Shown: in pieces, positions 31,588-41,744 of the stretch | How positions within the stretch are numbered: position 1 is the first letter of the stretch | Layout: each line of letters begins with the position of its first letter | Source of the DNA: Candidatus Bathyarchaeota archaeon | GTDB lineage: Archaea; Thermoproteota; Bathyarchaeia; Bathyarchaeales; Bathycorpusculaceae | Assembly (NCBI GenBank): GCA_963832745.1 | Contig: CAWHVC010000004.1 | Coordinates: forward strand, 96,001 to 160,000 | Length of the DNA: 64,000 nt | Direction of reading: 5' to 3' | Position numbers and translations under genes: made by a program | The notes under the pieces: model-generated | Told to the model about the DNA's origin: nothing | What the model saw: the letters and a program-made list of their open reading frames with translations, nothing else | Database searches by the model: none

Positions 31588-32235
31588 ATGACCGAAAAGG
31601 ATGAATCCAAAGACAAAGAAAATTATGGATTGAACAGGGTTTTAGCTTTAACAGATGGCGTATTTGCCATAGCAGCTACACTGCTTGTTGTTGACTTGTT
31701 TGTTCCCACTCTTTCACCAGATGCAACATCCGCAGACCTATGGAATGCATTATCTGGCGAGTTTCACACATTCTTAGCTTACCTTCTAAGCTTTTTCATT
31801 CTTGGAGTTTGGTGGAACGCTCACCACAGACATTATAGTTTAATACGCAACTCAGATGCAAAGTTAAGATGGTTGAATCTTTTTCTTTTACTCTGGATTG
31901 GGTTGCTTCCGTTTTTTACTAAAATTTTAGCTGAGTATGGACCACTTCAATCGGCTGTTGCTCTTTACGCCTTAGACCAAGGAGCCGCAGGCCTGTGTGT
32001 TATGTTATCATGGCTTTATGCGAGCAAAAATCATAGGCTTGTAGACAAGAGTTTGCCTCAAGAAACCATAAAAACCATATTGATGCGCAGTGCAATTGCC
32101 CCAATCATATTTTTTGCTTCAATTGGTTTCTCTTTCATAAATCCATACGCTGCTTATGTTACCTGGATTGTTCTTATGCCCGTTTTTGTTATTGTAACGC
32201 AGTTGGGACGAAAAAACAAAAAGAAACGTGCATAA
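31588..32235 (+). CDS. TMEM175-family potassium channel
   Basis: RVLALTDGVFAIAATLL (RxxxFSD-type), W..HH motif, about 6 TMs. Confidence 0.9.
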   Translation: MTEKDESKDKENYGLNRVLALTDGVFAIAATLLVVDLFVPTLSPDATSADLWNALSGEFHTFLAYLLSFFILGVWWNAHHRHYSLIRNSDAKLRWLNLFLLLWIGLLPFFTKILAEYGPLQSAVALYALDQGAAGLCVMLSWLYASKNHRLVDKSLPQETIKTILMRSAIAPIIFFASIGFSFINPYAAYVTWIVLMPVFVIVTQLGRKNKKKRA

Positions 32236-32468
32236 TCCTACTTACTTAAACCCTTTTTTGGCTACTCAAAAACTAAGTTATTTCACACTAACTCGTATCA
32301 CTTAATCTTAAATAGAGCCTGCTTTTAATGCCCTTTTTTTAAGTGCTGGCACGCTAAACATATGAAAAACAGGCATAGTTGCCATCACTAAGACTCTTCA
32401 TAAGATATTCACTTAACGCCCTTTTATTAGAATAACCAGCTTTAAGTTGCAGCACATGCGATATTTAC

Positions 32469-33809
32469 TTGATGACACAAGCAAAGCAAGAAGACAAAAC
32501 TCAACGCCTAACTCGTTTCCATTACAGTCTCTTAGCATTAGGCAGTTTCATCTACGCTTTTACAGCAATGAACGTTTTACTCATCGCCACCGTGTTAACA
32601 CCCATAATCTCAGAGTTCGGTTTAGCCAATCAGCCTCTGGTTTCCGGATTACTTTTGAGTGCTGGCTACATAGGAATGTTTGTTGGTGCATTAACCTGCG
32701 GCATACTCGCCGACCGAATCGGCAGAAAAAAAACTCTAATCTTTACCATCACAATGATGACTACTTTTACCGCACTTAACGCAGTCGCCCCCGACCCGTT
32801 AACCATGGGAATCCTACGTTTCTTCGCCGGAATAGGCTTAGGAGGAGCTCTACCTCAACCTGGCGTTTACATTTCAGAATACGTTCCAGCAAAATATCGA
32901 GGCCGCATCTTAGGCTTAGTAGAAGCATCATGGGTTTACGGCGCATTGCTCTCACTGGTCTTCCCCTTTATCCTCTACCCCCTAATCGGTTGGCGCCCCA
33001 CCTTCTTAGTAGCGTTAATACCGCTCGTCTTGCTGCCAATCGTGCATTTTTATGCACCCGAATCCATCCGTTTTCTACTCTACAAAGGAAAAACAGTGCA
33101 AGCACAAAAATTGGTTTCAAAGCATAACCTTTGCATCGAGGAATTCAAAGAACAACAAGGGGAAACCAAAGCCAAAAACGGTTTCAAGTACGCATTAAGC
33201 GAAATTTGGTCAAAACAGTTCAGAAAGCGAACAATTATGCTCTGGATAGCTTGGGGCGTATTAGTCTATAGTTATCATGGCATTTTCACTTGGCTTCCAA
33301 CTTTTTATGCATCCTCATTAGACTTGACAGTTGTTAGATCAATTCAATGGGTGCTTATCGTCACTTTGGCACAAGTGCCCGGATACTACACTGCAGCGTT
33401 GCTGCTAGATAAAGTGGGAAGAAAAAAGATCGCTGTTACATACTTGTTGTTTGCTGGAATTGCAAGTGCACTTCTGGGTTTAGCGGTGGGTCTGGAAAGC
33501 ATTTTGTTTTGGAGTATCGTTATTTCTTTTTTCAATTTGGGCGCTTGGTCAGCTCTGTATGCTTACACGCCTGAATTGTATCCTACAAGAATTAGGGGAA
33601 CTGCTTCGGGCGCCGCCGCCAGTATGGGACGCTTGGCAGGAGTTATAGCGCCCACAGCAACACCGCTACTATACTACTATGGAGGCTTACCGGCTGCTTT
33701 TACGGTTTTTGCCCTTGTCCAGCTTATGGGTGCACTGGTGATTTTGGTTCTTGGTGTGGAAACAAAGGGAAAAACCTTAGAGGAAACCTGCAAACCCGCT
33801 ACGTCTTAA
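32469..33809 (+). CDS. MFS transporter (SV2/aromatic acid:H+ symporter/NiaP-like)
   Basis: GILADRIGRK, RFFAGIGLGG, SEYVP..RG, PESIR, PELYPTRIRG, VETKG. Confidence 0.92.
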   Translation: MMTQAKQEDKTQRLTRFHYSLLALGSFIYAFTAMNVLLIATVLTPIISEFGLANQPLVSGLLLSAGYIGMFVGALTCGILADRIGRKKTLIFTITMMTTFTALNAVAPDPLTMGILRFFAGIGLGGALPQPGVYISEYVPAKYRGRILGLVEASWVYGALLSLVFPFILYPLIGWRPTFLVALIPLVLLPIVHFYAPESIRFLLYKGKTVQAQKLVSKHNLCIEEFKEQQGETKAKNGFKYALSEIWSKQFRKRTIMLWIAWGVLVYSYHGIFTWLPTFYASSLDLTVVRSIQWVLIVTLAQVPGYYTAALLLDKVGRKKIAVTYLLFAGIASALLGLAVGLESILFWSIVISFFNLGAWSALYAYTPELYPTRIRGTASGAAASMGRLAGVIAPTATPLLYYYGGLPAAFTVFALVQLMGALVILVLGVETKGKTLEETCKPATS

Positions 33810-33996
33810 CAAAGCTTTAACAGTAAACAATCAAAAAAGAAACGCAATTTTTTTTCTCCTTCTCTTTTGATCATCCAAAACAAAAAAATTTTCGTTGATT
33901 GTTTGTGTGTTTTGTTGTACCTGACTTGAGCCACATCACGCTATGTACCTGCAAAGCAGTTCCTTAAACTTCATAAACAGGAGAAAACAACAAAAA

Positions 33997-36432
33997 ATGA
34001 AAAACAAAAATGTTACAAGTAAAATAATGTTTGGAATTACTTTGACAGTGCTTTTTGCATTATCGACAATTTTTGCTACGATACCTATTAACGCTGCCGA
34101 TACAGAAGTAGAAGTTGAAACAGTCGCTTACCTAAGCTTCAGACCAAATCCCGTTGGACTAGATCAAACTTTCTTGGTCAACATATGGGTTACACCCGCA
34201 ACACATGTACAAAGAAACCTTACTGGTTATACAGTAATTATTACAAAGCCCGATGGAACAGTTGACAAAGTTGGTCCCTTAACCTCCTATGATGGCGACG
34301 CAACTGCATGGTTTGAATACGTAGCTGATCAGGTTGGAACTTGGACGCTACAATTCACTTTTGAGGGCTGCCATTGCCCGTCATTTAATACTACCGCTAG
34401 CATGTTTAGCACTGCTGGAACGTTACCTGCTGCTTACTATAAACCATCAGAGTCAAAAGAGATGACATTAGTTGTGCAAGAAGAGCAAGTTAATTCATGG
34501 CCCGCTTCCGCATTGCCAACAGACTATTGGACAAGACCCGTATCACCAGATAATCGTGAATGGGCTACAATCCTTGGCAATTATCCTTATTCAGGATACT
34601 TGACTAATCCACCCGAAGATACAAACTCTTATGCAAGCAATTATAAATTCACACCTTATGTTCAAGGACCCGAAACTTCTCACGTAGTATGGAAACGACT
34701 AGGTGCGTTATCAGGAATCATCGGTGGAGACTATGGAGCAACAATGGTTGGTTCAGGTGAGGGCACATACGCAGGTACTCCAAGTATAATCTATCAAGGA
34801 CGATGTTACCAATCTGTAACAGCCGCTGGAGGCGAAGATGTCCTACAATGCTATGATTTACGAACAGGCGAAATCTACTGGGAAATTAACAATCCTCTGC
34901 CTGGGTCTTCTTCAGTGTTTGGTTACACGCCAGGTTCTCTAACGGGAATATCAATAAGCGATGGAGCCGAAGTTGTACCCGGCGCAACCGAATCAGCAGT
35001 TGGACAAAGCATATCCTTAATCTATGTAGGTTCAAACCGTCTGGTAAAACTCAATGCATACACTGGAGCAATAACCCTAGATATAACTGCCTTATCAGGG
35101 ACTTACTATAGAGACCCCTATGTCTTAAGCGTACAAAACTTAGGTTCAGGCAATTACCGCTTGATAAATTGGACAACAGCCGGAACTAGCACTGATTTCG
35201 CAAGCAGAATACTTAGCAACACAAGTTATCCATTCAGTAGCTTGGGCGTTTGCGACTATGAAACCGGCATTGCTGTCTCGGCTGCTTCAGTGACACCCGC
35301 CAATTTAGGCGCTTTCTCTGGTTCAAGAATAATGGCTGCTAGTCTAGTAACAGGACAACTACTCTGGAATATTACCGATACAGACACTATTTACAGCACA
35401 AGTACAGCAGTTGCTGATCACGGAAAATTCGCAGTATGCATGTTTGATCGTCATTGGGATTGCTATTCTCTTACAGATGGTAGTAAACTATGGGAAAGTG
35501 AAACAGCAGAATATCCCTGGGGATTCGCTTGGGCTTATAGCGTCGCTTCAGCATACGGTAGCATCTATGGCATGTCATATAATGGTATATACGCTTTCGA
35601 CTGGGACACTGGAGACATAGTCTGGCATTTTGAAGCCCCCGCTAATCCATATGAAACACCATACATTGATGGCAACGGCTCTACTGTATACTCCTTTATG
35701 AGTACACCAGTTGTTGCCGACGGAAAAATATACGTAGGCAATGGAGAGCACTCACCCACTTCGCCAATTACTAGAGGATGGAGATTATTCTGCATTAATG
35801 CAACTACAGGAGAAGGCATATGGAACATTACCGGTGGCATGGCGGCTGGAGCAATCGCAGACGGCTATATAACAGCAGATAATCGCTATGACGGCTACAT
35901 GTATGTCTTCGGTAAAGGTCAAACTGAAACTACAATCTCAGTACCACAAGTAGCTATAACATCCGGAGCTAGCGCAATAATTTCAGGCACAGTCTTAGAC
36001 ATGTCTCCAGCTCAAGAAGGCACAGCATGCGTATCAGCAGAGTCAATGACTGAATGGATGGAGTACCTACACATGCAACATAATATACCAGCTAACGCAG
36101 TAGGTATTCCAGTATCTATTGATGCAGTTGACCCTAACGGCAATGCAGTCCATATCGGCGACGCAGTCAGCGACATAAGCGGCACATTTAGCTACACTTG
36201 GACTCCAACCATTGAAGGCGACTACAAAATTACCGCCACTTTCATGGGTGACAACTCTTATGGTAGCAGTTGGGCAGAAACACACGCAACAGTCGTTGAC
36301 GCATCGGCAACTTCACCTCCAGCAGAAACAACCATAACTATGCCGCCTTTTGAGCTTTACACAATAGGTTCAGCTGTAGCTGTAATTGCTGCAATCGCCA
36401 TAGCGGTGCTGCTGCTTAGAAAGAAACCTTAA
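33997..36432 (+). CDS. Secreted, C-terminally anchored PQQ-like beta-propeller surface protein (copy 1)
   Basis: Signal peptide, LSFRPNPVG Ig-like domain, LPTDYWTRP, xTGxxxW repeats, Ig domain, Thr/Pro linker, TM plus LRKKP. Confidence 0.88.
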   Translation: MKNKNVTSKIMFGITLTVLFALSTIFATIPINAADTEVEVETVAYLSFRPNPVGLDQTFLVNIWVTPATHVQRNLTGYTVIITKPDGTVDKVGPLTSYDGDATAWFEYVADQVGTWTLQFTFEGCHCPSFNTTASMFSTAGTLPAAYYKPSESKEMTLVVQEEQVNSWPASALPTDYWTRPVSPDNREWATILGNYPYSGYLTNPPEDTNSYASNYKFTPYVQGPETSHVVWKRLGALSGIIGGDYGATMVGSGEGTYAGTPSIIYQGRCYQSVTAAGGEDVLQCYDLRTGEIYWEINNPLPGSSSVFGYTPGSLTGISISDGAEVVPGATESAVGQSISLIYVGSNRLVKLNAYTGAITLDITALSGTYYRDPYVLSVQNLGSGNYRLINWTTAGTSTDFASRILSNTSYPFSSLGVCDYETGIAVSAASVTPANLGAFSGSRIMAASLVTGQLLWNITDTDTIYSTSTAVADHGKFAVCMFDRHWDCYSLTDGSKLWESETAEYPWGFAWAYSVASAYGSIYGMSYNGIYAFDWDTGDIVWHFEAPANPYETPYIDGNGSTVYSFMSTPVVADGKIYVGNGEHSPTSPITRGWRLFCINATTGEGIWNITGGMAAGAIADGYITADNRYDGYMYVFGKGQTETTISVPQVAITSGASAIISGTVLDMSPAQEGTACVSAESMTEWMEYLHMQHNIPANAVGIPVSIDAVDPNGNAVHIGDAVSDISGTFSYTWTPTIEGDYKITATFMGDNSYGSSWAETHATVVDASATSPPAETTITMPPFELYTIGSAVAVIAAIAIAVLLLRKKP

Positions 36433-36449
36433 CAATACAAAACTCTGCA

Positions 36450-36469
36450 TTCCCTCTTTTCCTTTTTTT
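36450..36469 (+). terminator. Oligo-pyrimidine/oligo-T terminator
   Basis: TTCCCTCTTTTCCTTTTTTT just after the stop; similar tracts at 41347-41365 and 44368-44382. Confidence 0.55.
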
Positions 36470-36660
36470 GGGCTGAATGTGCTTTACACGCGTTAGATCT
36501 CACAATATTTGGGTTTAACTCTCCTTAACCCTAGTGTAAGCACCAGCAAACCAAACGATTGCAATTTCCTTGAAAAAAATGGCAAGCCAAAAATGAATAA
36601 ATTATGCTTAAGCTGGCTCAAGCGAGACATCCCTAACATCCTTTCGAGGCTTGGTTTTTC
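36470..36660 (+). repeat. Conserved ~190-bp non-coding element, copy 1 (candidate structured RNA)
   Basis: High identity to 41366-41555; pairable stems. Confidence 0.8.
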
Positions 36661-37197
36661 GCCCCACGTCAACGCCAGAACCAGGTTGGAGATTTGTATG
36701 CGTTGCCTTTTTACAGTGTTGTTTTAAGGTTACTTTTTGAGTTAACGGCAAATTTGTTCCTCGCTATATGACTTTATCTGACTGTGGCTGACTTGTATTG
36801 ACGTTTTGAGACGCAGCCTGCAACAGGTTTTAAGCTTTGTTTTTAAAAAGCGACCCAAAACAAAGTCATTCAAAACAAAAATAGTTGTGTTTTACTTCTA
36901 AAGGTAGTTGTATTTAAGGGTCTTAGCGACGACTGCTTCTGAGTGTTCTTAGATAAAGAAGCGCTAAAAGATTTGTTGTTATTCTTGTTTTAAAAGCTGG
37001 CATGTTAAAGGGTATTTGTTATAATATGTTATGGGCGTAGTTTGTGTGTCTTCCTAAGAGGCCTCTGACGGCATCTTTTACGGCATTGATACGATAACGT
37101 AGCTGGCTTCTTTTGATTCGAATAGTTTCTCAAATTTATCTACAATTCTGGGGCAAATTTATTTTTTATATTATATATGCATTTGAACTCGTTCTGT

Positions 37198-37782
37198 TTA
37201 GACAATTTTGTTGGAAACTTTCAAGTTTTTATTCACTGTTTTGGCTATCAAATAACCTGTCGGAACAGTGTAAAGCACAAGTACTGCATCAAAAACCAAT
37301 AAAGCAGGTATCAGTGCAATTATGTATTCGTCAGAAAAACTTTGACCGACTATTATCGGCATTATATATTTATACATAAAAAAACTTACAAAAGGCGTTA
37401 TTGCGAACCTGAATGCAATTGCTGAAGAGGTTAAATAAACAACAGATTTAATTCTGAACTCCTGCATTTGAGTAGTCCTGAGAGTTCTACCGGTAAGCAT
37501 TTGCGCTAAAGAGACTCCGACTATAATAGTTGACATTTCAATAAGATTCCATATAGGGAAAAGAAATCCCAAAGCTCTCGGAAAAATTAATGCTTGCCCA
37601 AAAGCAGTTAACACTGCAACTGAAAAACCAAGTCTATAACCGAAAAGTAAAACGACAATTACTATCGGAATTTCCCAAAAATAGAATTGAATTGGCGCGA
37701 ATAATGCAGGTATTCTAACTTGGTCTAAAGATATGGCAATTGAACTAAAGACGCTGCATAACGCAATCTCTTTTGTGTTCAT
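37198..37782 (-). CDS. ECF-transporter S-component-like membrane protein
   Basis: MNTKEIAL.SVFSSIAI.L...IP...F.EIP....LLFG...G pattern, about 6 TMs. Confidence 0.7.
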   Translation of the reverse strand: MNTKEIALCSVFSSIAISLDQVRIPALFAPIQFYFWEIPIVIVVLLFGYRLGFSVAVLTAFGQALIFPRALGFLFPIWNLIEMSTIIVGVSLAQMLTGRTLRTTQMQEFRIKSVVYLTSSAIAFRFAITPFVSFFMYKYIMPIIVGQSFSDEYIIALIPALLVFDAVLVLYTVPTGYLIAKTVNKNLKVSNKIV

Positions 37783-37860
37783 AGTTTAATATTAGCAAAA
37801 GTTTTTATTATAAAACTAACTATTTAGTCGAGAAAATAACCTTAACCTTAATTTTCTTTT

Positions 37861-38640
37861 TTAAATTTCTTTTAAATTCCAATATTTTTCGAAGTAAGTA
37901 CTGCTTAAATCTACTACCCCTGGATCATTTGACCAGTAAAAAGAAGCCTTAGTAAAAACGTTACTCGGTAAAGTATTAATCAAGGTGTCTTTACTGTCAA
38001 TTATGCCAATACCTGCCTTAATTTTTTCGGAAATAAATTTTACTTTAAAATTTTTATTTTTTTCGAAATTTTTTAAATCTTTTACATTAACTCTTACAGC
38101 ACTATAAGCTACAATCACACGAACTTTGACATTTTTTGCTAAAAGCTTTTTCAAGATTGGATGGAAATCTTCCCACCAACCTGGAAACACTGATTTTCTT
38201 ATCATTGTATCTAAGCTTATTCGGGTTGCTAGCACTTTCTTTCTAGAAAATATGGCAAGATGCTCTTTTCCAAAAATTGAAATAAGTTGAGGCTCTTTTT
38301 TGTTCTCTTCTTTGGATTTATTTTTTATTTGCGCTACTAATTCATCTGCTCTTACTTTTGTTTCATATGCTTCTTTGTTTCTTCGCTCCAATAATATTTT
38401 GACTGCTATATCTATCGGAAATGCCTCAAATTCACTTGGAAAAGAAATTGTTTTCGTAATCAACCCCATTCTTTGAAGCTTAGGTGCCGTTCGGTAAACA
38501 ACTTCTCTAGCAAGGTTTGCGGATTTGGCGATTTGTGTTACAGCGGAAGGCTTTGATTTAACTAGTGCAAGGTAAATTTTTGACTGGTTTATGGTTAGTC
38601 CTAGTTTAGTTAAGGATTCAACTTGATCTGGGGTATCCAT
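37861..38640 (-). CDS. TrmB-family transcriptional regulator
   Basis: LGLTINQSKIYLAL...VYR...LQRMGL; IIDSK...YWSND...YFEKYW. Confidence 0.88.
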   Translation of the reverse strand: MDTPDQVESLTKLGLTINQSKIYLALVKSKPSAVTQIAKSANLAREVVYRTAPKLQRMGLITKTISFPSEFEAFPIDIAVKILLERRNKEAYETKVRADELVAQIKNKSKEENKKEPQLISIFGKEHLAIFSRKKVLATRISLDTMIRKSVFPGWWEDFHPILKKLLAKNVKVRVIVAYSAVRVNVKDLKNFEKNKNFKVKFISEKIKAGIGIIDSKDTLINTLPSNVFTKASFYWSNDPGVVDLSSTYFEKYWNLKEI

Positions 38641-38784
38641 TGTGTTTTTCTTCTTTGTTTTTGGATTTGTTGTTGCTAGATGGTAATTATCAGTTGTGAC
38701 TGTAGCCCTCAGTCCTAATTTGTTATTACCGCTTAACGTTTGTATGCTAAGATATATATATTAAAAAATGGAGAAAAAAACGGA

Positions 38785-41331
38785 ATGAGTTATAATTTTA
38801 AGAAATTTAAAACAAATTCGTTTGCAATCGTATTAGTTCTATTAATGGCTTCTATTACGCTTTTAGAAATGCCAGTCAACCAAGTCCAAGCGCAAGTAGA
38901 GGGCGGGTCACCATCCGGTCTTCCAGGCGGTTCAGTGTATCCCCTGCCCTCTGATGCCACCCCCGATTACACAGTAACCACATATGCCTACCTAAGCGCC
39001 CGACCCAACCCAATAGGGGTTGGTCAAAGCTTGCTGATTAACATATGGCTTACCCCCGCATGTCATGTAGCCAACTACTTTACAGGATACAAAGTAATAA
39101 TTATAACACCATCTGGAGAAGAAGAAACTACAACTCTTAATTCTTATGCCGGAGATGCCACAGCATGGTTTGAATACATTCCAACACAAAACGGTACATA
39201 CAAGTTCAAATTTGACTTTCCAGGCGGATACTTCCCAGCAGGAACCTACTACATAAATCCAGGAGCAGCTTTTTCTGGCGGTTCAACAATCAACATGACA
39301 GAATCAAGATGGTACAAACCCAGCTCATCTCCAGTAACCGAAGTTGTCGTGCAAGATGAAATGGTAGCTTCTTGGCCTCCAGCACCGCTTCCAACTGATT
39401 ATTGGACAAGACCAGTGTATATGCAGAACAGAGAATGGTATTCAATAATGGGCAACTACCCATGGAGTGGCAGCGGTGAAGGATGGCCTGATTGGCCAGC
39501 TGACACGAATTACTACAAAGGCAATACAAAGTATAATGCCTGGGTTGTAGCGCCAAACACAGCCCACATTGTGTGGAGACGACAAGATGCTATTTCAGGA
39601 ATCATCGGAGCTGAAGCAGGAATCGTTTACTCAACGCAAGGTGGGGCTGGAGCAGTGCCAAGCGGTGATACTCCAAGTGTAATATACGCTGGAAGATGCT
39701 ACGACACAAGAACGATATATATGAACAACGGATCATGGGTAAGTTGTGCGGTATGTTACGACCTACGCACTGGAGAAATGTATTATGCAATACCAGGTGG
39801 CACCTCGCCTTCATATGTTACATATGCTTCATCATATTCGACAATAGCCGGTATGGCAGCAGTACCTGGCGGAGAAGCTGGTGCAGGCACTATAGTAGAG
39901 CTTTTGACAATTTCCAACAATAGACTGCTAAAAATTGATCCATGGACTGGAGCTATAACGACTAACGTGACAGCAATGTCCGGAACTGTTATCGGCGAAA
40001 GTGTAATAAGTCTACAGACAAATAACACAGCTACAGGCCCTATGTTAATAAATTGGACTACACATGGCACTAGTACTAATTTTACCTCAAGAATAACGGA
40101 AAACAGATCGGTTGCATTTAGCAGTATTCCCTCTTCAGTAGATTGGCAAGCAGGCTTATTTGCCTCTGCGACAACGCTACAATACAATGGTGCACTATAT
40201 GGCGTTCAGATAACTGGTTATTCATTAAAAACAGGGCAAATGACATGCAATTTCACAGACGAAGACTATGTACCATACACCACAGCCACAGCCGCTGTTG
40301 ACCACGGAAAAATCGCTATACTCATGCAGGATGGTTATGCTGTTTGTTATGATTTGACAACCGGAAAAAGAGCGTGGGTCAGTCAGCATACATACGATGT
40401 CGGAGGTTATCCATGGGGTATCTGGGGTACCTATGATTCAGCTTCCTATGGCGGTAACTATATCGTATCTCTCTATGATGGCATTTACGCTTTCAATTGG
40501 TCAACTGGTAAAATCTCTTGGGTATACAAGGATCCGAGCATTCCATTCGAGACTCCCTATGCAGGATATGATCCATTAATGTCTTCTGTTAGTATAGCAG
40601 ACGGAAAGATTTACGCCTATAACAGTGAACACACACAAAGCCAACCTTTCACTAGAGGATGGAAGCTCCATTGCATTAACGCTACTACAGGTGATGGCAT
40701 ATGGAACATCAATGGACCTTTGACTCCAGGTGCGATGGCAGACGGTTACCTAACCGCAGCAGGTAACGATGGCTATATGTATGTATTCGGCAAAGGGCAG
40801 AGCAAAACAACAATCTCAGCACCTCAAACAGCCATAACTCAAGGACAAAGCATCCTAATAGCAGGCACAGTTTTAGATCAATCACCAGCCCAACCCGACA
40901 CACCATGCGTATCTAAAGATTCAATGGCAACATACATGGAATACCTGCACATGCAAATGCCGATCGACGGAATACTCCATAACGCAACGGTAACTGGCGT
41001 CTCAATATCCATCGACGCTGTTGATCCAAACGGGAACTACATACACATCGGCGACGTTACATCTGACGGCTATAGCGGCACGTTCGGCTACACATGGCAA
41101 CCTGAAATTTCTGGACAGTATACTGTTACGGCTACCTTTATGGGCGACGACTCTTATGGCAGTTCGTTTGCAACAACATATGTGGACGTTACTGAAGCTC
41201 CAGCAATATCGCTAACACCAACTCAGACAGCAATAACTATGCCACCATTCGAACTTTACACGATCGGTTCAGTCATAGCCATAATCTTTGCAATCGCCGT
41301 CGCAGTACTATTGCTTAGAAAGAAACCCTAA
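38785..41331 (+). CDS. PQQ-like beta-propeller surface protein (copy 2)
   Basis: Same architecture as copy 1; ends TM-LRKKP. Confidence 0.88.
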   Translation: MSYNFKKFKTNSFAIVLVLLMASITLLEMPVNQVQAQVEGGSPSGLPGGSVYPLPSDATPDYTVTTYAYLSARPNPIGVGQSLLINIWLTPACHVANYFTGYKVIIITPSGEEETTTLNSYAGDATAWFEYIPTQNGTYKFKFDFPGGYFPAGTYYINPGAAFSGGSTINMTESRWYKPSSSPVTEVVVQDEMVASWPPAPLPTDYWTRPVYMQNREWYSIMGNYPWSGSGEGWPDWPADTNYYKGNTKYNAWVVAPNTAHIVWRRQDAISGIIGAEAGIVYSTQGGAGAVPSGDTPSVIYAGRCYDTRTIYMNNGSWVSCAVCYDLRTGEMYYAIPGGTSPSYVTYASSYSTIAGMAAVPGGEAGAGTIVELLTISNNRLLKIDPWTGAITTNVTAMSGTVIGESVISLQTNNTATGPMLINWTTHGTSTNFTSRITENRSVAFSSIPSSVDWQAGLFASATTLQYNGALYGVQITGYSLKTGQMTCNFTDEDYVPYTTATAAVDHGKIAILMQDGYAVCYDLTTGKRAWVSQHTYDVGGYPWGIWGTYDSASYGGNYIVSLYDGIYAFNWSTGKISWVYKDPSIPFETPYAGYDPLMSSVSIADGKIYAYNSEHTQSQPFTRGWKLHCINATTGDGIWNINGPLTPGAMADGYLTAAGNDGYMYVFGKGQSKTTISAPQTAITQGQSILIAGTVLDQSPAQPDTPCVSKDSMATYMEYLHMQMPIDGILHNATVTGVSISIDAVDPNGNYIHIGDVTSDGYSGTFGYTWQPEISGQYTVTATFMGDDSYGSSFATTYVDVTEAPAISLTPTQTAITMPPFELYTIGSVIAIIFAIAVAVLLLRKKP

Positions 41332-41365
41332 AAACAAGAAACTGCACCCTTCTTTCTCTTTTTTT

Positions 41366-41555
41366 GGGCTGAATGTGTTTTACACGCGTTAGATTTACAA
41401 TATTTGGGTTTAACTCTCCTTAACCCTAGTGTGAAGCACCAGCAAACCACGATTTCAATCAAAAAAATAAAATTGGCAAGCCAAAAAATAAAATGAATTA
41501 AGCTTAAGCTGGCTCAAGCGAGACATCCACAACATACCTCAAGGCTTGGTTTTTC
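41366..41555 (+). repeat. Conserved ~190-bp non-coding element, copy 2
   Basis: Aligns with 36470-36660. Confidence 0.8.
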
Positions 41556-41744
41556 TAAAACAAATTTTTTTAAAATAAATTAACCTGAAAAAATTTGAAT
41601 TATGTAAAAAAACTTCATTACAAATTTACTATCTTGAGGGATATTTTTCTTTTAATGTTGATTTTGTGGAATCTACACTGAATACATTTCAAATATTGAA
41701 TCAATTAAAACATCGTCTTTATTAAAAATATGTGGAGACCTGTA

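Noticed and set aside
36509-36727. 72-aa ORF within the duplicated element
   Set aside because: The second copy has frame-breaking indels, so conservation is not protein-level.
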